64,000 bases of DNA from Gemmatimonadota bacterium (GTDB lineage: Bacteria; Latescibacterota; UBA2968), in assembly GCA_002727195.1 (NCBI GenBank), contig PBWH01000005.1, positions 529,285 to 593,284 on the forward strand, written 5' to 3'. Shown one piece after another: positions 28,063 through 37,771 of the stretch. The first letter of the stretch is position 1; each line of letters begins with the position of its first letter. The position numbers and the translations under genes were made by a program. The notes under the pieces are model-generated. The model saw only the letters and a list, made by a program, of their open reading frames with translations, had not been told where the DNA came from and did not search any database.

Positions 28063-29232
28063 ATGAAGATCAAATCCATCACCGCCTTCCAAATCAACAC
28101 CAAGCCATCACCAAAGACGGCACCGCGCCCGTCCGAGCCCTCCAAGCACGCCCGGAAGATGGCCCGCCCCATCTTCCGCTATGACCGTTTCAAGCGTGAC
28201 AGGAACTGGACGGTCCCCTCGAGCTGGAACCGACCTGCCTGCATCGTCGAAGCTGAGGACGGCACCTGGGGATTCGGCATCTCCCTGAACGGCACCCCAG
28301 TCGTCAACCTCATCAACGACCACTTCGCTCCTGTCCTGGTCGGAGAGGACTGCATGGCTGTCGACAAGCTCTACGACATGATGGTCCGGATGTCCGCCCC
28401 CTACGGCATGGGCGGCCTGACCAGCCACGCGATCAGCGCGGTCGACCTGGCCTTGTGGGACTTGAAGGGAAAGCTGTTGGGAAAGCCGGTCTACGAACTG
28501 CTTGGCGGCCCCCAGAAGGAGAAGATCTACTGCTATGCGACCGGCGGCGACACAGCGTGGTATATGGAGTTGGGTTTCAAAGCGGCGAAATGCTTTTCCG
28601 CCTATGGTCCTGAGGAAGGCCTCGACGGCATCAAGAAGAACGAAGAGATGGTCGCCGAAAAACGCGAGATAGTCGGCCCGGATCGCGAGCTGATGTTCGA
28701 CTGCTGGATGTCCTCCGATGTCGAAACCGTCGTTCGCCTATCAGAGACCCTCAAGCCCTACAACCTCAAGTGGATTGAGGAGTATCTCCTCCCCGATGAT
28801 TGGGAAGGCTACGCCCAGGTCCGTGAACGCTTACCCTCACAGACCCTGGCCAGCGGCGAACACTGGTACTTCACGAACAGCTTCGCCTCCGCCGCCAAAC
28901 GCCGCCTCGTCGACATCTTCCAACCCGACGTCCTATGGTGCGGCGGGATCTCACCGGCCGTCAAGATCTGCGCCATCGCCGAAGCCGCCGGCATCCAAGT
29001 CATCCCCCACGCCAGCATGAACTACCCCTTCGGCCAGCACCTGGCCTTCGCCATGCCCGCCGTCATGTGGGGCGAACGCTCCGAAGGCGTTTCCCCACCC
29101 GGCGTCCCGCTCGAAGAAATGGTGCAGATCCCCGGAACCCCAGTGATCAAGGACAGCTACCTCATCCCCAGCGACGCCCCCGGCTTCGGCATGGAAATCG
29201 ACCAAGCCTGGATCGACTCCGTCATGACCTAA
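28063..29232 (+). CDS. Enolase-superfamily acid-sugar dehydratase, L-rhamnonate dehydratase-like (paralog)
   Basis: It shares the same motif set as 14385..15569 (AISAVDLALWDLKGKLLGKPVYELLGG, LMFDCW, WIEEYL, ASGEHW, FQPDVLWCGG). By eye, roughly half of the positions are identical. Confidence 0.8.
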   Translation: MKIKSITAFQINTKPSPKTAPRPSEPSKHARKMARPIFRYDRFKRDRNWTVPSSWNRPACIVEAEDGTWGFGISLNGTPVVNLINDHFAPVLVGEDCMAVDKLYDMMVRMSAPYGMGGLTSHAISAVDLALWDLKGKLLGKPVYELLGGPQKEKIYCYATGGDTAWYMELGFKAAKCFSAYGPEEGLDGIKKNEEMVAEKREIVGPDRELMFDCWMSSDVETVVRLSETLKPYNLKWIEEYLLPDDWEGYAQVRERLPSQTLASGEHWYFTNSFASAAKRRLVDIFQPDVLWCGGISPAVKICAIAEAAGIQVIPHASMNYPFGQHLAFAMPAVMWGERSEGVSPPGVPLEEMVQIPGTPVIKDSYLIPSDAPGFGMEIDQAWIDSVMT

Positions 29233-29692
29233 CGAGAACGTTGTTCCCCAAACCGGGATGACGCTTGCTGACCCCCTTGTGTGGCTTGACACCCAGGAAC
29301 CGGTTGACCCACCTAGAAATACCTTCGGCTGTCAGGTTGGCTGGAAGAACCACCATCCCCCGTTGGTCGATCAGCGCCGATTGGGGAACCTTGTTCCGAA
29401 TCACGATGATGTGATTCTGGTGCAGGTACCGGTTGGGTTTGAAGGAACCGGGGTTCAACAGGCACGTCAGGACCTCCGCCTGATCCTTCGTCCGCCTCGC
29501 CTGTGTCCGGTCACGCCGCTTCGCATAGCCTAGGTTGGTCGTAAACCAGACCCGGCCACGCCGAGGTACAAATCCGACCATCCGAATTCGGGCCGCCCGC
29601 CGTTTCGTTGTCCAGAGGTAAACGCGCACGTCATACCTCCGATCGTTGTCCCATAGACATTGAGACATTGCTCGGACAGAGCAAGTTTCCAA
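29222..29692 (-). CDS. Hypothetical basic protein (unrecognised family)
   Basis: The ORF begins 5 nt after the Clp_N gene stop, which suggests an operon. It is Arg/Lys-rich and I recognise no motif. The start is uncertain: TTG at 29692 or ATG at 29668. It could be non-coding. Confidence 0.3.
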   Translation of the reverse strand: METCSVRAMSQCLWDNDRRYDVRVYLWTTKRRAARIRMVGFVPRRGRVWFTTNLGYAKRRDRTQARRTKDQAEVLTCLLNPGSFKPNRYLHQNHIIVIRNKVPQSALIDQRGMVVLPANLTAEGISRWVNRFLGVKPHKGVSKRHPGLGNNVLVRS

Positions 29693-29697
29693 TCTGA

Positions 29698-30111
29698 CTA
29701 GACCAAGAACCTGCGGATCGACGCATAGTCGATTCCGAACACCTCGAGAACACGGGCCGCTACCCCATCCTCATCTTCGGCCAGCATCAGCAGGACGTGC
29801 TCGAGCATCGGCTCTGGCGCTCCCAATGCCTGCGACTCCTCAATCGAGCGAGCGAGCGCTTTCAGAGCGCGCGGGCTCACCGGTATATGCTCCTCCGACT
29901 TCAGCGGGTCAGATTTGATCACGAACGCGTCGACCTGACTCCGAAGGTCCAACGGATCCAGATCGAGTTCGACCAGGATCTCCCGTACCTTCGCCGGGTC
30001 CAGACAGACGGCCAGCAGCAGGTGTTCGGTCCCCACATAGCGGTGCCCGAGGCGCTGCGCCTCCAGCGTGGCGGCCTCGAGAACGGTAACCAGCGACTCG
30101 GGAAGGCCCAC
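29698..30111 (-). CDS. Stand-alone Clp N-terminal (Clp_N / R-domain) repeat protein
   Basis: Two Clp_N repeats are present (LEAQRLGHRYVGTEHLLLAV, ESQALGAPEPMLEHVLLMLA). There is no AAA+ module. It starts 9 nt after the upstream methyltransferase stop. Confidence 0.7.
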   Translation of the reverse strand: MGLPESLVTVLEAATLEAQRLGHRYVGTEHLLLAVCLDPAKVREILVELDLDPLDLRSQVDAFVIKSDPLKSEEHIPVSPRALKALARSIEESQALGAPEPMLEHVLLMLAEDEDGVAARVLEVFGIDYASIRRFLV

Positions 30112-30120
30112 GTCTATACC

Positions 30121-31662
30121 TCACTTCTTTTGGCCATAGCAGCCCTTGAAGACGCCCGGCTGCAGTCCGCCGACGTCGACACGCGCAACGTCGTCCAGGT
30201 GAACATCCCGTCGGTCGCGGAACAGTCGAGTCATCATCTCGATCTCCTGGGTGACCAGCGTCAGGCGAGCCTCTGGCTTCAGCCACTCACTCAACCGATC
30301 GAAGAGGGCTGCATAGGAAGCAATGTTCTTCTGGTGCGAACCGGTCCGAATGCCGTACGGCAGATTGCTGATCAATTCGTCAAACGGGCCATCGTGCGTG
30401 ACCGACCCAACATCACCCCGACGAAACGTTAAGGGAAGGTCTTCGAACTGGCGAAGATTCGTCCGTGCAGCATCGATCGCGCTACCGGAGATGTCGCTCC
30501 CGACAAGGTAGCCTGCAGCCGTGCTGCATTGCGCTCGCTCAAACAATAAAGTACCGCATCCACAGAAAGGGTCCAACACACGACCCTTGGACACTGGCCG
30601 AGAATGGGCGACCACGCCCGCCGCCACGGCAGGATGCATCGACGCGGGCACATCCTGCACACGGTAGCCGAAGCGACTATCCGCTTCTTCCGTCAGCTTG
30701 AGGAACACACCGACCTTCGTCTTCGCGAGCAGGATCCGCGTCTCCACCTCGTAATGGCTGGGGCTGTTCACGTAAGCCGGCGCCCGCGCCTTCAGGCCTT
30801 CCGACCAGACTTTGATCCGTCGTTTACGTTGTCGGTGCGAGACCGACTTCCCACGTATTTCGAGCCGGTATCGCGTGAGAGGATCTTCCCTGTAGATCTC
30901 TGAGACCAGAGCCAGACCATCGGCCAGCAAGTCGAGTCCAACTCGATCGACTGAATCCGCGTCGATGGGTCGTTCACCTACGCAGACAAGCCACTCGCGC
31001 CAGGTCCGAATCTGCTGCAGGTCAATCAGCTCCTGGAGACGAACCCGGACAGCCCCATTCTGGACGACCGAAGGTCTTTCGCCTACAGAGCGCTCGATCG
31101 CATCGCACAGCAGGTCTTCCTGTCCGGGCGCACAATGGAGCTCGAGCAGCCGTTCCGCGCCGAGCGTACGGATCGGAGGACGAGGTTCCCGCTCGGTCCC
31201 GCCCACACGATCCATCGCCTTGACGTGTGCCTCGACCTCGGCTTGACACTCTGGTTTGTAGTCGCCCAGGAAGGCGATGCTCTCGCTTCCCCCAATCTGT
31301 CCGAGCGCGAGGATGAGTGACGGCCTGACCCAGTCGAAGGACTCCGCTTCGAGCGCAACGATCAGGGCACCAGTTGCAGATTCGCTTTCCAGCGTCCCCA
31401 AAGCAATGGCCGCGTTCCGGCGTGTCTTGGGGTCTTCATCCTGGAGGACACATTCCAACACCTTCTTGACCGGAGCCAGACGCGCCTCGTCGAGCCGTCG
31501 GCCGATCTTCCCGAGAAGATGGGCAATACTCCGCCTGTTCTCCTCCGGGGCGGTTTCGGCCGCCTCCAACAGGGCATCCAACGCTCCTTTCGCGTTCCGG
31601 ATGATCAGATCACCCACAAAGAACCGGAAAGGAATGTCAGGATCCCCCAAGAGGTCGACCAA
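30121..31662 (-). CDS. HEAT-repeat + THUMP + class I SAM-dependent RNA methyltransferase fusion
   Basis: The N-terminus has HEAT/PBS-lyase-like repeats (DEDPKTRRNAAIALGTL). The C-terminus has UPF0020/Trm14-RlmL-like motifs (ASMHPAVAAGV, VLDPFCGCGTLLFE, ISNLPYGIRTG). The 5' end is uncertain. The first in-frame start is TTG at 31662, yet the frame stays open with protein-like sequence (LADLEKRVRRLFEDRRIVGLANEDARQ) for more than 170 nt upstream without ATG, GTG or TTG. Confidence 0.7.
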   Translation of the reverse strand: MVDLLGDPDIPFRFFVGDLIIRNAKGALDALLEAAETAPEENRRSIAHLLGKIGRRLDEARLAPVKKVLECVLQDEDPKTRRNAAIALGTLESESATGALIVALEAESFDWVRPSLILALGQIGGSESIAFLGDYKPECQAEVEAHVKAMDRVGGTEREPRPPIRTLGAERLLELHCAPGQEDLLCDAIERSVGERPSVVQNGAVRVRLQELIDLQQIRTWREWLVCVGERPIDADSVDRVGLDLLADGLALVSEIYREDPLTRYRLEIRGKSVSHRQRKRRIKVWSEGLKARAPAYVNSPSHYEVETRILLAKTKVGVFLKLTEEADSRFGYRVQDVPASMHPAVAAGVVAHSRPVSKGRVLDPFCGCGTLLFERAQCSTAAGYLVGSDISGSAIDAARTNLRQFEDLPLTFRRGDVGSVTHDGPFDELISNLPYGIRTGSHQKNIASYAALFDRLSEWLKPEARLTLVTQEIEMMTRLFRDRRDVHLDDVARVDVGGLQPGVFKGCYGQKK

Positions 31663-31836
31663 CTGTCGGGCGTCTTCATTGGCAAGCCCAACGATGCGTC
31701 GATCCTCAAATAACCGGCGAACGCGTTTCTCTAGATCGGCCAGGCTTGGGCTCCGTCTTCGCGGTTTACATCGAAGCGTTGTCGCTTCATCATGACGATC
31801 ATTCGTAACTCCATACTCCGAACGACAGGCACAGCC

Positions 31837-32820
31837 ATGAAGATTCTCGTCAGCCCCTCGCTAAACGTCCCTGATTTCGAATCGCAGACACGAACCGACG
31901 GGCTCGAGTCTTTGAAGCAGTTCGGTGACGTGGAGTTCTACCCCGGCGACCTCACCGCAGCAGAAGCGGACGACGTACTCGGTGTCATCGCCAACTCCAG
32001 GCCCATTCACACCGAATTTTACCAGCAGGCGAAGGATCTTCGGATCATCGCTCGATGGGGCGTTGGGTTCGAGAACGTGAATCAGCCGGCCGCGAACGAG
32101 GCTGGCGTGCTCATCACGACATCACCCGTGCACATGGCGACAGTAGCGGAATATGCGATCGCGCAGTGGATGGCAACGCTGAAACGGACCTACACGCTCA
32201 ACCACATGTCACACGGCGGCGACTTCTCTCTGATCAGAACCTACGATGCCGAGGGGTCGACGCTCGGGCTATACGGCTTTGGCCGCATCGGCCAGCAGAT
32301 GGCGAAACGGGCAAAACCGCTTCTCGGCGACTCCGGCCGTCTGCTCATCTACGACATCCGACCTGACATCGCCGAACTGGCCGCGGAGTATGGCGGCGAG
32401 GCCGTCAACGACCCGGCTACGTTGTTCGAGCAATGCGACGCTGTCTCGCTCCACGTCTCCGGTGACGACACGATCGTCACCTACGACCTCCTCGAGCGGA
32501 TGCAGCCACACGCCTCGCTGATCAACCCGTCACGGGGCAACCTGGTTAACGACGAGGATGTCAACCGCGCCATCCGTGAAGAGAGGCTCTTCTACTACGT
32601 CGTCGACGATCCCGTCAACGACAGCCGCGCCATCCACGAGGGTAATCCGAGGATCATCTGCACGAACCACAACGGCGGAATCACCACCGCTTCCGTCGCC
32701 CGTCTCGATACCTGCTGCGTCAAGCAGGTAACCGACGCCATCGAAGGCCGCCAGCCCGAGCACATTCTTAATACGCCGGCCCTAGATCACCCCCGCGTAA
32801 AGCAGTTCCTCGGCCTCTAA
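31837..32820 (+). CDS. D-isomer-specific 2-hydroxyacid dehydrogenase (NAD-binding)
   Basis: Motifs present: LGLYGFGRIGQQMAKRA (Rossmann), RGNLVNDEDV, and a catalytic His context (TNHNGG). The start is taken at MKILVSP; an alternative lies at 31792. Confidence 0.8.
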   Translation: MKILVSPSLNVPDFESQTRTDGLESLKQFGDVEFYPGDLTAAEADDVLGVIANSRPIHTEFYQQAKDLRIIARWGVGFENVNQPAANEAGVLITTSPVHMATVAEYAIAQWMATLKRTYTLNHMSHGGDFSLIRTYDAEGSTLGLYGFGRIGQQMAKRAKPLLGDSGRLLIYDIRPDIAELAAEYGGEAVNDPATLFEQCDAVSLHVSGDDTIVTYDLLERMQPHASLINPSRGNLVNDEDVNRAIREERLFYYVVDDPVNDSRAIHEGNPRIICTNHNGGITTASVARLDTCCVKQVTDAIEGRQPEHILNTPALDHPRVKQFLGL

Positions 32821-32907
32821 CTCGTTCCCGGCTCCTCGTTGGGCTTCAGCGAAGGCCAACAGCCTAGGAACGAAAGTGCCCTTCGCCCTGCGCTCCCCAT
32901 TCTCTGC

Positions 32908-33390
32908 CTACAACCACCGAAACATCACATACGCGTCAACCCCACCGAGCACGTGGTGACGAAACGCCCCCGGTAGCGTCCCGACGATCTCGAAGCCCAG
33001 CGATTCCCACAACCGGATCGATCCCTTGTTCGTACTCACGACAAAGTTGAACTGCATCGCGTGATATCCCGCGGCCCGAGCTTCCATAAGCGCGTGCTCC
33101 GCTAAACTGCGGCCGATCCCCTGTCCTCTCGCTTCAAAGGCGACCATAAAGGCAGCATTGGCAACGTGGTCGCCCAACCCGGGATGGTTGGCCTTCAGGA
33201 TATACGTCCCGACAGCGATCTCCTGATCGACAGCAACATAGGTCGTCACGCCGTCACCCTGCCAGATTCGTCTAGCCTCATCCTCCGACGTGTCTGGGCT
33301 GAATGCGTACGTGTCGCCGGCCCGGACGACTTCCCGAAAAATCGGCCAGATCCTAGGCCAATCCTGGTCTTCAGCTTTTCTGATATTCAT
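32908..33390 (-). CDS. GNAT-family N-acetyltransferase
   Basis: 160 aa with acetyl-CoA motif A (RGQGIGRSLAEHAL). Confidence 0.8.
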   Translation of the reverse strand: MNIRKAEDQDWPRIWPIFREVVRAGDTYAFSPDTSEDEARRIWQGDGVTTYVAVDQEIAVGTYILKANHPGLGDHVANAAFMVAFEARGQGIGRSLAEHALMEARAAGYHAMQFNFVVSTNKGSIRLWESLGFEIVGTLPGAFRHHVLGGVDAYVMFRWL

Positions 33391-33435
33391 TCCACGATTT
33401 CCCTGCTTGCCTGAGCGGGCGCGCCCCTTACTGAG

Positions 33436-34707
33436 TCAGTGATCTAGGCCCTTCCTTTGAGCGGCATATGCCACTTCCCCACCCGCTGCCCACCGAATGA
33501 CACCCAGCGCCAGCAGACTCAGAAACCCGAAGCCACCCACGAGGGGCAGAATCGTGCCGTCGTAGCTTTGCCCGATCCACGTGCCCAGCATTGCCGATAT
33601 GGCGAGAGAAAGAGATGCCACAACAGCTGCTCCAAGCCCGGCCATATGGCCCAGGGGCTCCATGGCCAGCGCATTCAAGTTGCCGAACAGGATACCAATG
33701 CAGAAAAGGGTGAGAATCATGTAGACCATGAAAGACCAGAACGTGGGCAAGCCCTCTTGGACCGAAGCAAGCACGAAGAATAAAGCTGACAACAGAACGA
33801 CTGCACGGAGGGACCAGGTGGACATGCACCGCATGCCATATTTCATAACCATCTTGCCATTGGCGAAAGTGGCTGCCCCCATAGCCGCAGCTAGGATAGC
33901 AAAGTACAGTGAGAATCGATCACCAACGGCATAGACGTCCTGAAAGATCTGTTGCGATGAGTTGAGGTAACCGATAAAGCCACCGGAGACGAGACCGGCC
34001 GTCACTGTGTATCCGAGGGTCGGACGCGTCTTCAGGACTTCGCGCCCCGCCAAAAGAACGCGCCCGAACGAGAACGACGGTCGCCGTGCCGACGGCAACG
34101 TCTCCGGCTGACGAATGCCGAACCAGGCCATTGACATAACGGCGAGGACCAGGAAAGATCCAAAGATTGCAGGCCACTCAGCCACCAGAAGGATGCCCTG
34201 CCCCATAGCCGGAGCGATGATCGGCACCAGAATGAAAACGGTCATCACAAACGACATCACGCGAGCCATCTGACGACCCTCGTGGAGATCTCGAATCAGG
34301 GCCAAGCTGACGCTTCTGGGTCCGGCTATTCCGAAACCCTGGAGGAACCGTCCGATCAACATCATCTTGAGATGGGTAGAGAAAATCGAAAGCAGGCAGC
34401 CCAACCCAAAGAGGACATAGCCCGCATATACGGGCGGCTTACGTCCGATGCTGTCCGATATGGGCCCGAACAAGACCTGTCCTAAAGCCATGCCCAGAAG
34501 AAGTATGGAGATGATTAGCTGGGCATCGTTCCTGCGGTGCAGCGCAAGGTCCTCAGCGATCGTGGACAGAGCCGGGAGGATCGCAGCAGTCGAGAGTGCC
34601 GCCAGAGAAGAAACCATTGCCATGAGCGCTACGAACTCACCGAAGCCAATGCTTGATGTATCCTGAACGCCGGCATCTCCCTGGCTGCTCCCTGATCCCT
34701 GCTTCAT
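33436..34707 (-). CDS. MFS transporter (Bcr/CflA-like drug efflux type)
   Basis: Twelve hydrophobic segments and the MFS motif GPISDSIGRKP. It has a 4-nt overlap with the upstream gene. Confidence 0.85.
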   Translation of the reverse strand: MKQGSGSSQGDAGVQDTSSIGFGEFVALMAMVSSLAALSTAAILPALSTIAEDLALHRRNDAQLIISILLLGMALGQVLFGPISDSIGRKPPVYAGYVLFGLGCLLSIFSTHLKMMLIGRFLQGFGIAGPRSVSLALIRDLHEGRQMARVMSFVMTVFILVPIIAPAMGQGILLVAEWPAIFGSFLVLAVMSMAWFGIRQPETLPSARRPSFSFGRVLLAGREVLKTRPTLGYTVTAGLVSGGFIGYLNSSQQIFQDVYAVGDRFSLYFAILAAAMGAATFANGKMVMKYGMRCMSTWSLRAVVLLSALFFVLASVQEGLPTFWSFMVYMILTLFCIGILFGNLNALAMEPLGHMAGLGAAVVASLSLAISAMLGTWIGQSYDGTILPLVGGFGFLSLLALGVIRWAAGGEVAYAAQRKGLDH

Positions 34708-35339
34708 TCAGGCACCTCGATCTCAAGTGCCCGCCACATATACCAACTGCCCACACTCCGATACGGTCGCCACCGGTCTCCGTACTCCCCGAGCGCATCG
34801 CCCTCAGGAACGTCGTCGAGTCCGTAGGTAGCGGCGATGCCCTTCCGCACACCCAGATCCCCGACAGGAAACACATCCGGCCGCCCAAGGTGGAACATCA
34901 GGAGCATCTCTACCGTCCACCGCCCGATACCCCGCACCTGAGTCAGTCGATCGATAACTTCTTCGTCGCTCAGTCGATTCAGTGTGCGCCGAGTCGGAAC
35001 CACACCCTCGATCGTTTTCCGAGCGAGATCCCGAACGGCTAGCGTCTTGTTATTAGACAATCCGGCTGCCCGCAGTGTGTCGTAGTTGACGTTGACCACT
35101 ATATCAGGCTTGGGAAGACCCTTGCACGGGCATGCCTCGACAACCCGACCCCAGATCGTGCCAGCAGCACGACCGCTCAGTTGCTGATACACGATGCTTC
35201 GCATCAGAGCCGCGAACGGCGTCATGCGTCTACGGGACAGGATATCGCACGGACCAACCTGTCGAATTACGCGAGCGAGCGCCTTGTCTTTTCGGCAAAG
35301 GTGCGCACACGCCTCTTCGGGGTCGTAAGGGTGGTTCAT
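34704..35339 (-). CDS. HhH-GPD DNA glycosylase (3-methyladenine glycosylase II / AlkA-like)
   Basis: HhH-GPD hallmark: VRGIGRWTVEMLLMFHLGRPDVFPVGDLGVRKG. Confidence 0.8.
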   Translation of the reverse strand: MNHPYDPEEACAHLCRKDKALARVIRQVGPCDILSRRRMTPFAALMRSIVYQQLSGRAAGTIWGRVVEACPCKGLPKPDIVVNVNYDTLRAAGLSNNKTLAVRDLARKTIEGVVPTRRTLNRLSDEEVIDRLTQVRGIGRWTVEMLLMFHLGRPDVFPVGDLGVRKGIAATYGLDDVPEGDALGEYGDRWRPYRSVGSWYMWRALEIEVPE

Positions 35340-35369
35340 CGACGCATCAGGTGAGGGGGTCTCAACGAA

Positions 35370-36326
35370 TCAGGCAGCGGGAAAATCCTTCGTGTGGTTC
35401 CCCTCAGCCTGTGCCATTTCGTCGTCAGTATAGGAGGGCGAATGCGGTACGCTCAACACATCCTCGAGTTCCGCAACGCTCCTCGCACCGCTCAGGACGA
35501 GTGATACGTTCGGGTTGTCGAGCACCCAGCGAAAGGCCGCCTGCGGCATCGTGGTAATCTCGTCCCGAACCAGACACTTCAGCCTGGCCACGTAGTCCAC
35601 CCGTTCGGCGAGCTCCTCCGGGCCGTAGCGTTTGTTCAGGTTGTTCTGGGGGAAGACTGTCTCTCGGGTGATCGCACCAGAGAGGAATCCGTTCGCCAAA
35701 CTCTCTCTGGCCACAACGCCTCCATCGCTGGCGCCCAGGCTCGAGATCAGATCGGATGACTCCCGGTTCATCAGGCTGTAGACGACCTGAACAAAGTCGA
35801 TCTTCCGCTCATCGAACCACGCTCGGGCCATCGACTCGGTGTCGGAGAACTTCGAGATGGAGTGGCCGACGAACCGAATCTTGCCCGACGCTTTGAGCGC
35901 GTCCAGCGCTCCCCAGACATCGTTGGCGATCTCATCCGCTCCAAAAGGGGAGTGGAAGAACAGCACATCGATGCGGTCTGTTGACAGACGGCCCAGGCTC
36001 GCTTCAACGGATGACCGAACGCCGGCTGCGTCGAAGGAAGTCCCCTTCTGAGCCGACCCTCGGCCAAACTTAGTCGAGATCAGGACATCCTCCCGACGAG
36101 CGCCCAACGCCTGACCCAGAATTTGCTCGGAAATCCCATTCTCGTCGGAGGAGCCGTAGAGAGGCGCGGTGTCGAACAGTGTCACCCCACCATCCAGGGC
36201 AGCACCGACAACTGTCTCAGCGTCTGTTCTGTCCACGTCGCCGTACGCTCGGGACGCGAACGACCACGTTCCCAGCCCGATCTCACTGACGTCGAGGCCG
36301 GTCCTGCCGAGCTTCCGATACTTCAT
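35370..36326 (-). CDS. Aldo/keto reductase
   Basis: MKYRKLGRTGLDVSEIGLGTW and FDTAPLYG are present, with AKR architecture along the full length. Confidence 0.85.
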   Translation of the reverse strand: MKYRKLGRTGLDVSEIGLGTWSFASRAYGDVDRTDAETVVGAALDGGVTLFDTAPLYGSSDENGISEQILGQALGARREDVLISTKFGRGSAQKGTSFDAAGVRSSVEASLGRLSTDRIDVLFFHSPFGADEIANDVWGALDALKASGKIRFVGHSISKFSDTESMARAWFDERKIDFVQVVYSLMNRESSDLISSLGASDGGVVARESLANGFLSGAITRETVFPQNNLNKRYGPEELAERVDYVARLKCLVRDEITTMPQAAFRWVLDNPNVSLVLSGARSVAELEDVLSVPHSPSYTDDEMAQAEGNHTKDFPAA

Positions 36327-36344
36327 CGAATATTCTCCCGTCGA

Positions 36345-37238
36345 TCAGGTTTCTTCATTCAACCGGCTGCCCAGCGCGGCCGGGGGACGCGACTTTCCTA
36401 CGAAGCCGGCGAGCACGACCATGGTCAACACAAACGGCATCGCGAGGAACAATTGTGGTGGTATACGTGAGGATGTACCCTGGAACCCGTCAGCCAGTGC
36501 TTCGGCACTCCCGAAGAACAGACACGCGAGCAAGACCCCCCTGGGAGACCATTTGCCCAGAATCAGCGCGGCGAGCGCAATAAACCCGCGACCGGCGCTC
36601 ATCCGCTCGACAAACTGACTCAGATCCGCGAGGGCAAGATGGGATCCGGCCACACCCGCTAGGAATCCGCTCGCAATGACGGCTCCGTATCGGATGGCCT
36701 GGACAGACACGCCAACCGAGACCAGTGTTTGCGGTTGCTCCCCTGCCGCCCGTAGACGGAGCCCCCAGGTCGTTCGGTGGATGAGTATAGAGATGACAAG
36801 GACGGTCAGAAAGGCGAGATAGGTCGTTGGATGGAACGCGACGCTCCCGACACCCAGGAGCGGGAGCTTGGTCACCGATACGGTGCTCCCGTGACTGCCA
36901 AACCACGAAACTAGGAGGACCTCGGTCCCGCCAATTGCGAGAAGGTTGACAGCCGTCCCGCTGATGATGGCGTCAGTCCTATATCTCACAACGCTCAACG
37001 CATGGACGATTCCGAGCGCAGCCCCCGAAACCCCGCCCATCAAAAGCCCCAGCCACGGAGACCCGGTCGCCATTGCCCCTGATATGCTCCCAAATGCTCC
37101 CGCAAGCATCATGCCCTCAAGGCAGATGTTGATCACTCCGGACCGTTCAGATAGCAGGCCCCCCAAGCCAGCCAGCAAAAGAGGAACGGCTTTCGTCACC
37201 GCAAGCTGGACCAGGATGATCCAGCCCGCTTCGGTCAA
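36345..37238 (-). CDS. ABC transporter permease (BPD_transp_2, nucleoside/simple-sugar type), orphan
   Basis: 297 aa and multi-TM, with LSERSGVINICLEGMMLAGAF typical of this permease family. No cognate ATPase, second permease or binding protein is adjacent. Confidence 0.75.
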   Translation of the reverse strand: MTEAGWIILVQLAVTKAVPLLLAGLGGLLSERSGVINICLEGMMLAGAFGSISGAMATGSPWLGLLMGGVSGAALGIVHALSVVRYRTDAIISGTAVNLLAIGGTEVLLVSWFGSHGSTVSVTKLPLLGVGSVAFHPTTYLAFLTVLVISILIHRTTWGLRLRAAGEQPQTLVSVGVSVQAIRYGAVIASGFLAGVAGSHLALADLSQFVERMSAGRGFIALAALILGKWSPRGVLLACLFFGSAEALADGFQGTSSRIPPQLFLAMPFVLTMVVLAGFVGKSRPPAALGSRLNEET

Positions 37239-37771
37239 CGTGAGACCTTGGGAAGATGGTCGGCGAAATCGAACACCCGCTGCTCCTGTTTCCGCGTCTC
37301 GATGGATCCGGGACGAAGAGAACGAATCTTAGCGATCGCCGTGTCTGGAGCGGAGCCCTGCCGGACGAGCCAACAGGCGAGGATGGTTCCAGTTCGGCCA
37401 AGCCCGGCCGTGCAATGGATGACGGTGGGTCGACCGTTGGTGAGGTTGGATTCGATAAACGTGATGATGTACCGAATGTCTTGAAGGGCGGGCGGATGAA
37501 AATCCGGAACCGGCACTGTCAGGTAGGTCAACCCAGTTGATCTGACAACGTCCGGGTCGAGCGCGATCTCGGTCAGGCTCACGATGGCCCCGATGCCAGT
37601 GTCGCGCAGCGCCTGAAGATCCTCTTCGAGCGGCCGGAGAGAGCCGGGTCTGCGCATGCCCGCGACGCGGCCTTCATCGATCCAGCCGAATCCGTTCAAC
37701 ACGGTCTGGCCTCGCTCGACAGGGTCTTCATTCTGCAACCGCTTCGGGCGGCGACGATGACGGATCACCAT
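37235..37771 (-). CDS. Dual-specificity / Cys-based protein phosphatase
   Basis: CX5R P-loop HCTAGLGRTGT. The start is taken at the internal ATG (MVIRH), which overlaps the moaE 3' end by 44 nt. Confidence 0.7.
   Translation of the reverse strand: MVIRHRRRPKRLQNEDPVERGQTVLNGFGWIDEGRVAGMRRPGSLRPLEEDLQALRDTGIGAIVSLTEIALDPDVVRSTGLTYLTVPVPDFHPPALQDIRYIITFIESNLTNGRPTVIHCTAGLGRTGTILACWLVRQGSAPDTAIAKIRSLRPGSIETRKQEQRVFDFADHLPKVSR

Noticed and set aside
29222-29692. The basic 156-aa ORF as a transposase or IS remnant (mobile element).
   Set aside because: I could recognise no DDE, Y1, HUH or integrase motifs, and there are no flanking inverted repeats or target duplications. Its operon-like spacing with the Clp_N gene argues for an ordinary, if unknown, gene.
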